Source: Bacteroidota bacterium
Lineage (GTDB): Bacteria > Bacteroidota > Bacteroidia > Cytophagales > Spirosomataceae
Assembly: GCA_041180785.1 (NCBI GenBank)
Contig: JBEGQV010000087.1
Span: 1 to 40,209 of the forward strand
Reading direction: 5' to 3'
Length of the DNA: 40,209 bases
The translations under genes and the position numbers were made by a program. The first letter of the stretch is position 1; every line of letters starts with the position of its first letter. Positions 29,880-38,573 of the stretch are shown piece by piece. The notes beneath the pieces are model-generated. The model saw only the letters and a program-made list of their open reading frames with translations, did not search any database and was not told the DNA's origin.

Positions 29880-31685
29880 TTATAATTGGTAAGTTAGGTT
29901 CAGACTAAATTGATTTGGTATTTGTTGAATCGTGTTAAAGGGCAGTAACATTGTTTTGGAGTGTATACCGAGTAAATTTTGAATGAAATTGTTTGATTCT
30001 TTTTTGAGATTCAATTCTTCGCTCCATGTATAAGGAATATTATAGGTAAGGCCTAGGCCTATTATTTTCGTTCGCGTGAGGTGGATGCCCATGCTTACTC
30101 CTGTATAATATCCTTCTACTGAAATTTGGTGACGAGCTTTGTAAGGTTCATTTGAAAGGTCTTCTGCTCGTTGAAGGTTATTAGATGGCGTAAAAGAGTT
30201 TAGCAATTGTCGGATTCGAAATGAATTTTTGCCAAGATGAACATTTAGGACGATGGGTCTTTGACTTTGATTGATGTTAAATTCATAGGCTAAGTCGTAA
30301 TGGTGTCCCGAGGCAATTGTTACATGTTCGAAAAAATTAAAATTACTAAGGATTGAAAATCGCAAAGATTTGATTTGTAAAGCAAAACCTGATTGGATAA
30401 ATGATAGCGTTAATGATTTGATAGTTGGGGGCTTGAGTCCTTCTATTTTGTCCCAAGGGGCATCATCAAGAAATGTTATGGGATAAATTGTGGTGCTTGC
30501 TCCTAACAAATAATGTATGTGTAGTTTGTTGAAGATAGACTTTTTTAGGTTCGAAACATCTTTACTACTTGTAGGTAAATTAGGGTTTGGGAATAAAGTA
30601 ATCTGATCAGCTAATCGTTCCATGCTCACATCAGAGGTGATTCGGGTTTGATAGGTGGCGAATAATTTACTTTGATTTACTTGAACATCATCTGTTTTAT
30701 ATTGTACGCTGATGTAGCCAAGTTGCCCCATCAATTTACTTGATTTGGCGTATTGTAAAGAATCAATATACCAAAAGTCTCCTATTTTTTTGTAGGTTGT
30801 TTTTCCATAAAGGAGCGAATTTTCTTCTTTTAAAATTTCTTCATCATTCGTTTCTTTTGAATCCGCATCGATAAAATCAAAAGCAATGATTGCAAGGCTC
30901 TCCTCGTCGATGAATATATTACCAGCATATTGTTTTGGTTTTCGTTTTAATTCAAACTTAATATGATAAGTCGAATAGCCATTTATTTCCCTGATATCTT
31001 GTAGCTGATACGTATATTTTTGAAGTTTTTGTGGGTCTAAAAAATCATCATGGTTCATGACGAAATCGAAGAATTCAATGATTTTGCCATCTTTTTTCCA
31101 ATGTAAATATCTGGAAGAATCGATGTTTCTACTGTCCGTTTTTTTGTAAGAAACCAATTCGACTTCTGTTTTTTTGCTCAAATTTTTGTCATAAGTCATT
31201 TTAGTCTTTGCCCGATAATTTATTTGAAAGACGGTATCAAATTTGCTTCTTCGAACGGTTTGAATAAAATTTCCAGCAATTACAAAATCTTTTGATTGGT
31301 AATTATTGGGTATTGCATCTAATGCCTTTTTAATTAATTCTCTTGCACTTGATGAAACAATGACTTCTTGTAACTCTTTGCTTTGTGGCTGTAGAGTTAT
31401 GGTACTTCTGTTTTTAAATGATTTGATAGGTAGTTGATAGGTATGATACCCCACATGACGAACGGTAAGGGGTAGGTTGTGTTCCCAATCGGATTCTTTA
31501 AAGGATAAGATAAATGCACCTTTTGAATCAGTTAGTACTCCTCGTTTTCCTAAGGAGATGGAAGTGTATGGAAGTGCTTGATGTGTTTCTTGATCTTGTA
31601 CGGTGCCAACAATCGTTTGCGCATATACTACCTGAAAAGTAGCCAATAAACACACAATTATTTTGTAATTGATTAATTTTATCAT
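29880..31685 (-). CDS. Exported protein with carboxypeptidase-regulatory-like N-domain and probable C-terminal beta-barrel
   Basis: Signal peptide, GTVQDQETHQALPYTSI..TDSKGAF..HVGY..LQEVIV, and C-terminal alternating strand FSLNLTYQL. Confidence 0.8.
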   Translation of the reverse strand: MIKLINYKIIVCLLATFQVVYAQTIVGTVQDQETHQALPYTSISLGKRGVLTDSKGAFILSFKESDWEHNLPLTVRHVGYHTYQLPIKSFKNRSTITLQPQSKELQEVIVSSSARELIKKALDAIPNNYQSKDFVIAGNFIQTVRRSKFDTVFQINYRAKTKMTYDKNLSKKTEVELVSYKKTDSRNIDSSRYLHWKKDGKIIEFFDFVMNHDDFLDPQKLQKYTYQLQDIREINGYSTYHIKFELKRKPKQYAGNIFIDEESLAIIAFDFIDADSKETNDEEILKEENSLLYGKTTYKKIGDFWYIDSLQYAKSSKLMGQLGYISVQYKTDDVQVNQSKLFATYQTRITSDVSMERLADQITLFPNPNLPTSSKDVSNLKKSIFNKLHIHYLLGASTTIYPITFLDDAPWDKIEGLKPPTIKSLTLSFIQSGFALQIKSLRFSILSNFNFFEHVTIASGHHYDLAYEFNINQSQRPIVLNVHLGKNSFRIRQLLNSFTPSNNLQRAEDLSNEPYKARHQISVEGYYTGVSMGIHLTRTKIIGLGLTYNIPYTWSEELNLKKESNNFIQNLLGIHSKTMLLPFNTIQQIPNQFSLNLTYQL

Positions 31686-31699
31686 CGTGGTTAAGTTGT

Positions 31700-31725
31700 A
31701 AATTGGTGGGTTTCCCCACCAATTT
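31700..31725 (-). terminator. Hairpin after the peptide genes (weak terminator or stabiliser)
   Basis: AAATTGGTGGG-GAAA-CCCACCAATTT on the minus strand; only a short U tract. Confidence 0.6.
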
Positions 31726-31731
31726 TTTTAA

Positions 31732-31923
31732 TTAGGCTTTTCGCATTTTATTGGCAATTGCTAGAATGGAGGCAATTTCTGCAGCTGCATCTTTTGCCCA
31801 ATTCCATCCTTCCATAAAGCCAGTTTTGAAATCTTGCCACCAACCTCCTCCAAAGGTATTGGTTAGTTCAACATTCGACATCGGGCGAAGTCCTTCTACT
31901 TCGAAAATTTGGATCTTTTTCAT
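31732..31923 (-). CDS. Double-glycine-leader peptide B (bacteriocin/pheromone-like)
   Basis: Leader ...MSNVELTNTFGG (26 aa); core GWWQDFKTGFMEGWNWAKDAAAEIASILAIANKMRKA (37 aa). Confidence 0.8.
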   Translation of the reverse strand: MKKIQIFEVEGLRPMSNVELTNTFGGGWWQDFKTGFMEGWNWAKDAAAEIASILAIANKMRKA

Positions 31924-31951
31924 GATTGTAAATGGTTAGGTTGTAAAGTAA

Positions 31952-32122
31952 TTAAAGAAATGCAATTACTGCTGGTGCGTAGTAGATGATTGCAGCAACA
32001 GCTAGGACACCAACAATTTGTCCAACTGTTCTCCAAAATCCACCACCTTCAATTGTAATTAATTCATTGAGAGACAGTTCCACCGCTCCCAATTCCATGA
32101 AATTTAAGGGAATTGTTTTCAT
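31952..32122 (-). CDS. Double-glycine-leader peptide A (bacteriocin/pheromone-like)
   Basis: Hand translation (not in the ORF track): MKTIPLNFMELGAVELSLNELITIEGG / GFWRTVGQIVGVLAVAAIIYYAPAVIAFL. Canonical ELSxxELxxIxGG leader. Confidence 0.82.
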   Translation of the reverse strand: MKTIPLNFMELGAVELSLNELITIEGGGFWRTVGQIVGVLAVAAIIYYAPAVIAFL

Positions 32123-32247
32123 TTTGGTTAGGTATAAAAATGGTTAAGTTGTGTAATCGCGAATTACATATCAAAATAAATAGAGTTTGCTTAAATTTCA
32201 AATTAAAAAACTTATAATTATCTATTTCATCAAGATGTTGATATTGG

Positions 32248-33663
32248 TTAATTTCCTCCTAAAATTTTGTACAATTGAACGCTATAAATCCATCTTTTTT
32301 TATAAATTTCTAGTAAATCAAGTTCTGATTTGAGTGTATTTTGTTGAGCTGTAAGGATTTCTAAATAATTAGCTTTATTGGTTTGAAAGAGCTCCCTAAC
32401 TGTTTGGATTGCATTAAAGTTTAATTCAACCTCTTTTGATTTATGTTTAATTTGTTCGTTCATTAGGTCAAGTCCTTTGATGTTGGAGTCCCACTCTAAA
32501 AATGCACTATTAAGGGTTTGCAAATAGGCCATTTCGAACGACTTTATTTTATTTTCTGCAATTGCCAAGTCGCCCTTTAAAAGTCCTCTATTTAAGATGG
32601 GCTTACTAATATTGGCCATTAGCTGGTAACTTAAAGAGGCCGGAAGTTGGAACAAATAAGCGGGTTGAAAACTTTGAACCCCTAAAAAATTCGAAAAGAC
32701 TAGGCTTGGTTTTAGTGCTAATCTAGCAGATTCTTTATCATAAATTTGCGCTTCTAAATTTAATTGCGCTTGTTTTACATCCGAACGTTGACTTAAATAA
32801 TCCAGATGAATGGATCGATATTCTTTTGAAAAATCTGAATCGATGGGCATTAAGGTTCTTTTAATGACGGCATTTCGGTCATTTAAGAGTAGTTTGATTT
32901 CGTTTTCAATAGCAATGATTTCACTTTGCAAAGGGCTGACTTGTGCGCGTGAATTTTCTAATTGGGCTTCCAATTGTAATACAGCCATTTCATTTACAAC
33001 ACCTGCTTCCTTCTGTATTTTAACTAGTTCAACCGCTTTTCGTTGGATTTCAATATTTGAATTTAAAATATCAAGCTCTCTGTCAAGTGCTACTAATTCG
33101 CCATAATAGATGGCTGTTTTAGCAACTAATTGTGTTTTTAGCCATTTATACCCCTCTTCAGTACTCATGTACCGTAAGGCTTGCGCTTTTTTTCGTGCCG
33201 TTAATTTTCCCCAAATATCGATTTCCCAATTTGTTTGTAGACCAATCGGGAAATCCGGTAGGGTTTCAGGAATTTTCATCGCTGAACTGATGTTAGGCGA
33301 AAATTGTGTGTCATAATTTCCAACGCCATCCATCGTATATTTTCCAAATTTTCTAAGATTTGGATTGAATTGTAAAGAGGTGAATGGTTTTAAAAAACTT
33401 GCGCCCATGACAAATTGCTGTTTAGCAATTTGTATTTGTTGGTATTCCAGTTTGTAGCTTAAGTTCCTTGTTACGACTGAATCAATTAATTTGTTTAAAA
33501 AGGGGTCATTCTCCCATATTTTAGTGATTGGATTTTGTACCATGCTGGAATCTTTCAATTGATTCATTGTTTTTTGTAAATCTGGCAGCTGGTTTACTTT
33601 GCATGAAGTCAAGAAAATGATAACAAGAAGTGATTTTATATAGCGAATGGAATTCATTTTCAT
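32248..33663 (-). CDS. TolC/OprM-family outer membrane efflux lipoprotein
   Basis: Lipobox LTSC, NWEIDIWGKL, RSDVKQA, NYLEILTAQ, LYKILGG. Start placed at 33663. Confidence 0.92.
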   Translation of the reverse strand: MKMNSIRYIKSLLVIIFLTSCKVNQLPDLQKTMNQLKDSSMVQNPITKIWENDPFLNKLIDSVVTRNLSYKLEYQQIQIAKQQFVMGASFLKPFTSLQFNPNLRKFGKYTMDGVGNYDTQFSPNISSAMKIPETLPDFPIGLQTNWEIDIWGKLTARKKAQALRYMSTEEGYKWLKTQLVAKTAIYYGELVALDRELDILNSNIEIQRKAVELVKIQKEAGVVNEMAVLQLEAQLENSRAQVSPLQSEIIAIENEIKLLLNDRNAVIKRTLMPIDSDFSKEYRSIHLDYLSQRSDVKQAQLNLEAQIYDKESARLALKPSLVFSNFLGVQSFQPAYLFQLPASLSYQLMANISKPILNRGLLKGDLAIAENKIKSFEMAYLQTLNSAFLEWDSNIKGLDLMNEQIKHKSKEVELNFNAIQTVRELFQTNKANYLEILTAQQNTLKSELDLLEIYKKRWIYSVQLYKILGGN

Positions 33664-33664
33664 T

Positions 33665-36600
33665 TTATTTTTGTTTGATAAGGCTAGAAAAAATAACATA
33701 AAGACTCGGAATCAATAATAATCCTCCAAGAGTACCTATGAGCATTCCTCCAGCAGAAGCGGTTCCAATTGTTTGATTGCCAATGGCTCCTGCTCCATGC
33801 GCCATCATTAAGGGGATGAGTCCTGCGATGAAGGCAAACGAAGTCATTAAAATAGGTCTTAATCGAGCAAGTGCTCCTTGTTTTGCTGCCTCCATCACTG
33901 ATAAACCTGAGCGTTGTTTTTGTATGGCAAATTCAATGATTAAAATGGCATTTTTACCGAGTAATCCAATGAGCATGACCAAGGCAACTTGGGCGTAAAT
34001 GTTGTTTTGTAATCCAAAGAGGGACAAAAACGAATAGGTTCCAAAGGCTCCAATCGGTAAAAACAATAAAATGGGCAAGGGTAAAATAAAGGACTCGTAT
34101 TGGGCGGAAAGGAGTAAATAAACGAATAAAAGGCATATTGCTAAAATGTAAATTGCCTGATTGCCTGCTAAGTTTTCTTCTCTTGTCATGCCCGACCACT
34201 CGATCGTATATCCTTTGGGTAAATGTTTGGTGGCTGCCAATTTTATGGCGGTAAGAGCGGAGCCTGAACTAAATCCCGGAGCGGACTCCCCATTGACCAT
34301 TGCAGCTGTAAACATATTGAAACGAGTTACTTGCTCAGGCCCAAATACCTTTTTGATGGTGATAAATGATGAATATGGTACCATTTCTCCATTTTTATTT
34401 TTTGTATGAAATTTAAGTACATCCTCCGGATGTACTCGATAGCTCGGATGAGACTGTACCATAACCTTATACATTTGTCCATAACGAATAAAATTTGTGG
34501 CATAAAAGCTTCCCAAAAGTGTTTGTAGGTTGTCCATCGCCGATTGGATTTGAACACCTTTTTGGGCGGCAGCATCTTGGTCTACTTCAATTAAAAATTG
34601 AGGAAAATTGGGGTCAAAGCTTGAAAATGTATTTTGGATTTCAGGTAACTTATTTAGTTCAGCAGCAAAATGGTTGGTAACTGCTGATAGCTTTTTAAGA
34701 TCTCCGGTACCGGTTCGATCCTGAATTCTAAATTCAAATCCGGAAGCATTTCCAAATCCAGGGACAGCTGGAGGTGGAAAATATTGAATGTTTGCCTCTT
34801 TGATATCTTTTGTTTGTTCATAAAAAGATTCAGCCAATTGATCAACGGTTTTACTTCTTTCAGTCCATGGTTTTAACGTTATAATTCCCATTCCAAAAGA
34901 TGCTCCACCACCATCGGTTAATAAACTGAAGCCTGATAAACTTGAAAAAGATTCAATGGAAGGGTCTTTTTTAATTCGTGCATAAATAGTGGATAATACA
35001 TTTTCTGTTCGTTCAAGTGTTGCTCCCGGTGGTGTAGTTACATTCACATAGAGGGTCCCTTGGTCTTCGCTCGGAATAAAACCGTTAGGGATAATTTTTG
35101 ATAAATATCCCGCTCCTAAAGAAAATAATAAGATGGTAATCCAGGGGATTTTCTTTTTACCAATGATGTATACGACCCATGAAAGATATCGATTACTGAA
35201 TTTTTCAAATTGATAATTGAAGGCGATGAAAAATCGATTGATGACATTGCTAGCTTGGAGGTGTTCAGGTTTTTTTAACAATAAAACACAGAGCGCAGGT
35301 GTTAGGGTGAGTGCTATGAGTCCTGATAAGGCGATGGCGATGGCCATGGTAATCGAGAATTGTCGGTAAAAAACACCAACAGGGCCATCTAAGAAGGCAA
35401 CTGGAACAAATACGGCCCCCATAACGAGCGTAATCGAGATAATTGCTCCTGATATTTCACCCATGGCCTCTTTTGTTGCTTGAAGGACGGGCATATCTTG
35501 TTCCTCCATTTTTGCAAAGACTGCTTCCACCACAACAATGGCATCATCTACCACTATTCCAATAGCCAGCACCAATGAAAACAAGGTGAGGAGATTTATT
35601 GAAAATCCAAAAGCAAGAATAAACGTAAACGTGCCTATTAAAGAAACAGGCACTGCAATGATTGGTACAAGCGTCGCTCTCCAATTTTGTAAAAAAATAA
35701 AGACAACCAAAGCAACTAATATAAAAGCCTCTAATAAGGTTTTAATTACTTCATGGATAGAGGCATCTAAAAATCGAGAAACATCATAGCTAATGGTGTA
35801 GGTCATACCAGGAGGGAAGGTGGTTTTTTCTAATTGCTTAAGCAAAGATTTTACATTCGCAATTACCTCTGCCGCATTGGAACCTGGTCGTTGTTTTAGT
35901 AAGATGGCAGCAGATGGCTGTCCATTTTCTTTCGACAACACATCATAGTCCAACGAACCAAATTCGATGGCAGCCAGGTCTTTTAAACGTAAAATTTGTC
36001 CATTTTCTGTTGATTTTATGACCAAGTTCTCATATTGTTTCTCCTGGGTGAATTTTCCAGTATATTTCAATACATATTGCATAGATTGAGGTTTTTTGCC
36101 GGAGCTCTCACCTATTTTTCCAGGAGCTGCTTCAACATTTTGCTTTCGTAGCGCCTCAACCACTTCTTCAGGTGAAATGTTGTACGTAAAAAGTTTTTCA
36201 GGTTGTAGCCAAACACGCATGGCATATTCTCTGGAACCCATGATATCGGCAAAACCTACCCCATTAATTCGTTTTAACTCGGGCAAAACATTTATATCTG
36301 CAAAATTGAATATGAATTTTTCATCCAAATCTTTATCCTTGCTGAGAAGATTTACATATAACAGCATGCTATTGATTTCTTTTTCCGTACTAATACCTGC
36401 TTTGATCACTTCTTCTGGCATTTCATCCAAAACAGTTTGTACACGGTTTTGAACATTTACCGCTGCAACGTCTGGATCAGTCCCGACTTTAAAATAGACT
36501 TGTATGATACTTGTACCATCGTTTCCTGAAACAGAAGTCATGTAAGTCATACCTGCTATACCATTGATGGCGCGTTCTAGTGGGGTTACTACGGCTTTGG

Positions 36601-36772
36601 CACAGACTTCAGCATTTGCTCCTGTGTATTTTGTGGTTACGGTAACTGCCGGTGGAACAATATCTGGGTATTGCGAAATTGGAAGTTGATATAACGAAAT
36701 CAGGCCAATGATGACAATGAAAATAGATATGACGATCGATAAGACCGGTCGATTAATTAATTTTTGTACCAT
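33665..36772 (-). CDS. RND efflux permease (HAE1/AcrB family)
   Basis: LPISQYPDI, GIVVDDAIVVVE, KNAILI, RLRPILMTS. Confidence 0.97.
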   Translation of the reverse strand: MVQKLINRPVLSIVISIFIVIIGLISLYQLPISQYPDIVPPAVTVTTKYTGANAEVCAKAVVTPLERAINGIAGMTYMTSVSGNDGTSIIQVYFKVGTDPDVAAVNVQNRVQTVLDEMPEEVIKAGISTEKEINSMLLYVNLLSKDKDLDEKFIFNFADINVLPELKRINGVGFADIMGSREYAMRVWLQPEKLFTYNISPEEVVEALRKQNVEAAPGKIGESSGKKPQSMQYVLKYTGKFTQEKQYENLVIKSTENGQILRLKDLAAIEFGSLDYDVLSKENGQPSAAILLKQRPGSNAAEVIANVKSLLKQLEKTTFPPGMTYTISYDVSRFLDASIHEVIKTLLEAFILVALVVFIFLQNWRATLVPIIAVPVSLIGTFTFILAFGFSINLLTLFSLVLAIGIVVDDAIVVVEAVFAKMEEQDMPVLQATKEAMGEISGAIISITLVMGAVFVPVAFLDGPVGVFYRQFSITMAIAIALSGLIALTLTPALCVLLLKKPEHLQASNVINRFFIAFNYQFEKFSNRYLSWVVYIIGKKKIPWITILLFSLGAGYLSKIIPNGFIPSEDQGTLYVNVTTPPGATLERTENVLSTIYARIKKDPSIESFSSLSGFSLLTDGGGASFGMGIITLKPWTERSKTVDQLAESFYEQTKDIKEANIQYFPPPAVPGFGNASGFEFRIQDRTGTGDLKKLSAVTNHFAAELNKLPEIQNTFSSFDPNFPQFLIEVDQDAAAQKGVQIQSAMDNLQTLLGSFYATNFIRYGQMYKVMVQSHPSYRVHPEDVLKFHTKNKNGEMVPYSSFITIKKVFGPEQVTRFNMFTAAMVNGESAPGFSSGSALTAIKLAATKHLPKGYTIEWSGMTREENLAGNQAIYILAICLLFVYLLLSAQYESFILPLPILLFLPIGAFGTYSFLSLFGLQNNIYAQVALVMLIGLLGKNAILIIEFAIQKQRSGLSVMEAAKQGALARLRPILMTSFAFIAGLIPLMMAHGAGAIGNQTIGTASAGGMLIGTLGGLLLIPSLYVIFSSLIKQK

Positions 36773-37920
36773 TATTTTAAGTCGTTTACTACTTGACGAA
36801 TATTTACTAATTTCCCTTTTATTTGTTGGCCTTGCTTGATGTTTTGAACGCCTTCTATTAGGATATTATCTGTATGTTCAAATCCTTGTTTGACTAAATA
36901 ATAATGTTCAATTCGAAAGGCAGGATTTATTTTTTTCATGCTCACTATTCCGTCTTTCCCCAGTACAAATACATAGCTTTTTTCCTGAATTTCAAAAACT
37001 GATTTTTGCGGAATCAACCAATAGCCATTTATTTTTTTCTGCATCACAATTTTACCAGATGCGCCATGTTTTAATAATTTTTCAGGGTTGGAAAATTTAG
37101 CGCGAAAGGCAATGTTACCGGTTGATTTATCTATTTTCGCATCGATTGTTTCGATAGATCCTTTTTGTGAATAGATCTCTCCATTGGACAATTTTAAGGT
37201 GATTGGAACCGATGTGGTTGTTGATTTTTGCAGTTTTGCAAATTCTAAATATTCATTTTCATTGACATTGAAATAAGCAAACACATCTCTCGTGTCTGAT
37301 AGAGTGGTTAAAAGAGAACCGTCGTCTATTAAACTTCCGGCCTTAAATGGAATTCGATCTATTAAGCCATCAAAAGGTGCACGAATAGTTGAAAAATCTA
37401 CCTTTAACTCATCTGCTTTTACATGAGCTTTTGCTTCTTCTCTTTTTGCTTTTAAGGCATCTAGTTTGGCTTTTGCAATGAGTAATTGATTGGTCGATAT
37501 TACTTTTTTCTCCACCAATAATTTAGTGTTTTGCAATTCAATTTCAGCGGCTTTTACTTCTGCATCTGATTGTTCAAAAATGGCTTTGGATTTTAATAAT
37601 TCAGTCCTGTATTCTAAATTATTGATCGTGAAAAGTATTTGACCTTTTTTAACAGATTTACCTTCGTCTGTATTAACTTTTTCCAAATAACCTTTCACTC
37701 TTGCTCGAATTTCTACGTGTTGAAAAGCGTGAATATCGGCTACGTATTCGTTGGCAATGGAGGTGTCAATTTGTATGGGATGCGTTATTTCAAGTTCTTC
37801 CAATTGAACTTGCGATTCTTCCTTTTTGAAAGAATCACAAGCTATTAAATTGACAATTAGGTATAAACTCCCGATGATTCGTAGAAATTTATTCGATTTT
37901 GAGGCTAATTGATGAAGCAT
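36772..37920 (-). CDS. RND efflux periplasmic adaptor subunit
   Basis: VEIRARVKGYL, EGKSVKKGQILF, IRAPFDG; stop overlaps the permease ATG. Confidence 0.95.
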   Translation of the reverse strand: MLHQLASKSNKFLRIIGSLYLIVNLIACDSFKKEESQVQLEELEITHPIQIDTSIANEYVADIHAFQHVEIRARVKGYLEKVNTDEGKSVKKGQILFTINNLEYRTELLKSKAIFEQSDAEVKAAEIELQNTKLLVEKKVISTNQLLIAKAKLDALKAKREEAKAHVKADELKVDFSTIRAPFDGLIDRIPFKAGSLIDDGSLLTTLSDTRDVFAYFNVNENEYLEFAKLQKSTTTSVPITLKLSNGEIYSQKGSIETIDAKIDKSTGNIAFRAKFSNPEKLLKHGASGKIVMQKKINGYWLIPQKSVFEIQEKSYVFVLGKDGIVSMKKINPAFRIEHYYLVKQGFEHTDNILIEGVQNIKQGQQIKGKLVNIRQVVNDLK

Positions 37921-38167
37921 GATGTTTATAATTTAAATGTTTATTTATCTTTTCCTTAGGCACTTTAGTTGATATATTGACAACATTCTTTCGATACTTT
38001 GGTGTCAATTTTTTGTTCTCCAATTGATCTGGTTGTTCATGTATTTTATATTCTTTAATGTTTATAGGTATATTTTTATTCAATTGAGCCTTATAATTTG
38101 CGTGTAGGCTTTGGCCAAATGATTGTAATTGCACAAACAAAAGGCCTATTGCTAGAACTTTTTTCAT
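37889..38167 (-). CDS. Small secreted basic protein with two H-x-NYK motifs
   Basis: Signal peptide MKKVLAIGLLFVQLQSFG; HANYK and HLNYK motifs; overlaps the adaptor start. Confidence 0.7.
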   Translation of the reverse strand: MKKVLAIGLLFVQLQSFGQSLHANYKAQLNKNIPINIKEYKIHEQPDQLENKKLTPKYRKNVVNISTKVPKEKINKHLNYKHHASSISLKIE

Positions 38168-38180
38168 GACTAAAACAATT

Positions 38181-38199
38181 ACAACAGCGCTGCTGTTGT
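38181..38199 (-). promoter_or_regulatory. Hairpin between the PPP-ending ORF and the efflux genes (attenuator candidate)
   Basis: ACAACAGC-AGC-GCTGTTGT followed by AATTGTTTT, 13 nt before the next ATG. Confidence 0.45.
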
Positions 38200-38252
38200 G
38201 TTACATTAAATTTTCTTGAGTTTTGTTTTTTGGTTTTATTCGACTGCTGGAA

Positions 38253-38573
38253 TTAAACCTGTGGGGGAGGGGTGGATTTTTCAAGGTAAATATTTCCCCA
38301 ATGAACATCATGTTGGAAGATGTTTAAGTTACTTTGGTAACGCGTGTAAAGAATTTGTAAGTCCTGAGAAATTGAACAAAAGTCCTCAATTGTTAATTCG
38401 GACTCATCTTCTGAGGGATCTTCCACGTCTTCAGAATTAGTATCAAGATCAAGAATTCTGGTAATATTATTTTTTTCAAAAACTTCTGCTGTTTTTTTTA
38501 CAAACAACTGAAACGCATCTTGACTTATCAAGAAGCTAAACAATACTACATATATTGTCATGATGCGTTTCAT
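38253..38573 (-). CDS. Hypothetical protein with N-terminal hydrophobic segment, acidic linker and C-terminal PPP (candidate leader/arrest peptide)
   Basis: MKRIMTIYVVLFSFLI...SEDVEDPSEDESE...YLEKSTPPPQV; TAATG coupling to the upstream gene. Confidence 0.7.
   Translation of the reverse strand: MKRIMTIYVVLFSFLISQDAFQLFVKKTAEVFEKNNITRILDLDTNSEDVEDPSEDESELTIEDFCSISQDLQILYTRYQSNLNIFQHDVHWGNIYLEKSTPPPQV

Noticed and set aside
31732-32122. Lanthipeptide or other modified RiPP interpretation
   Set aside because: The cores lack Cys and no modifying enzyme is encoded in the window.
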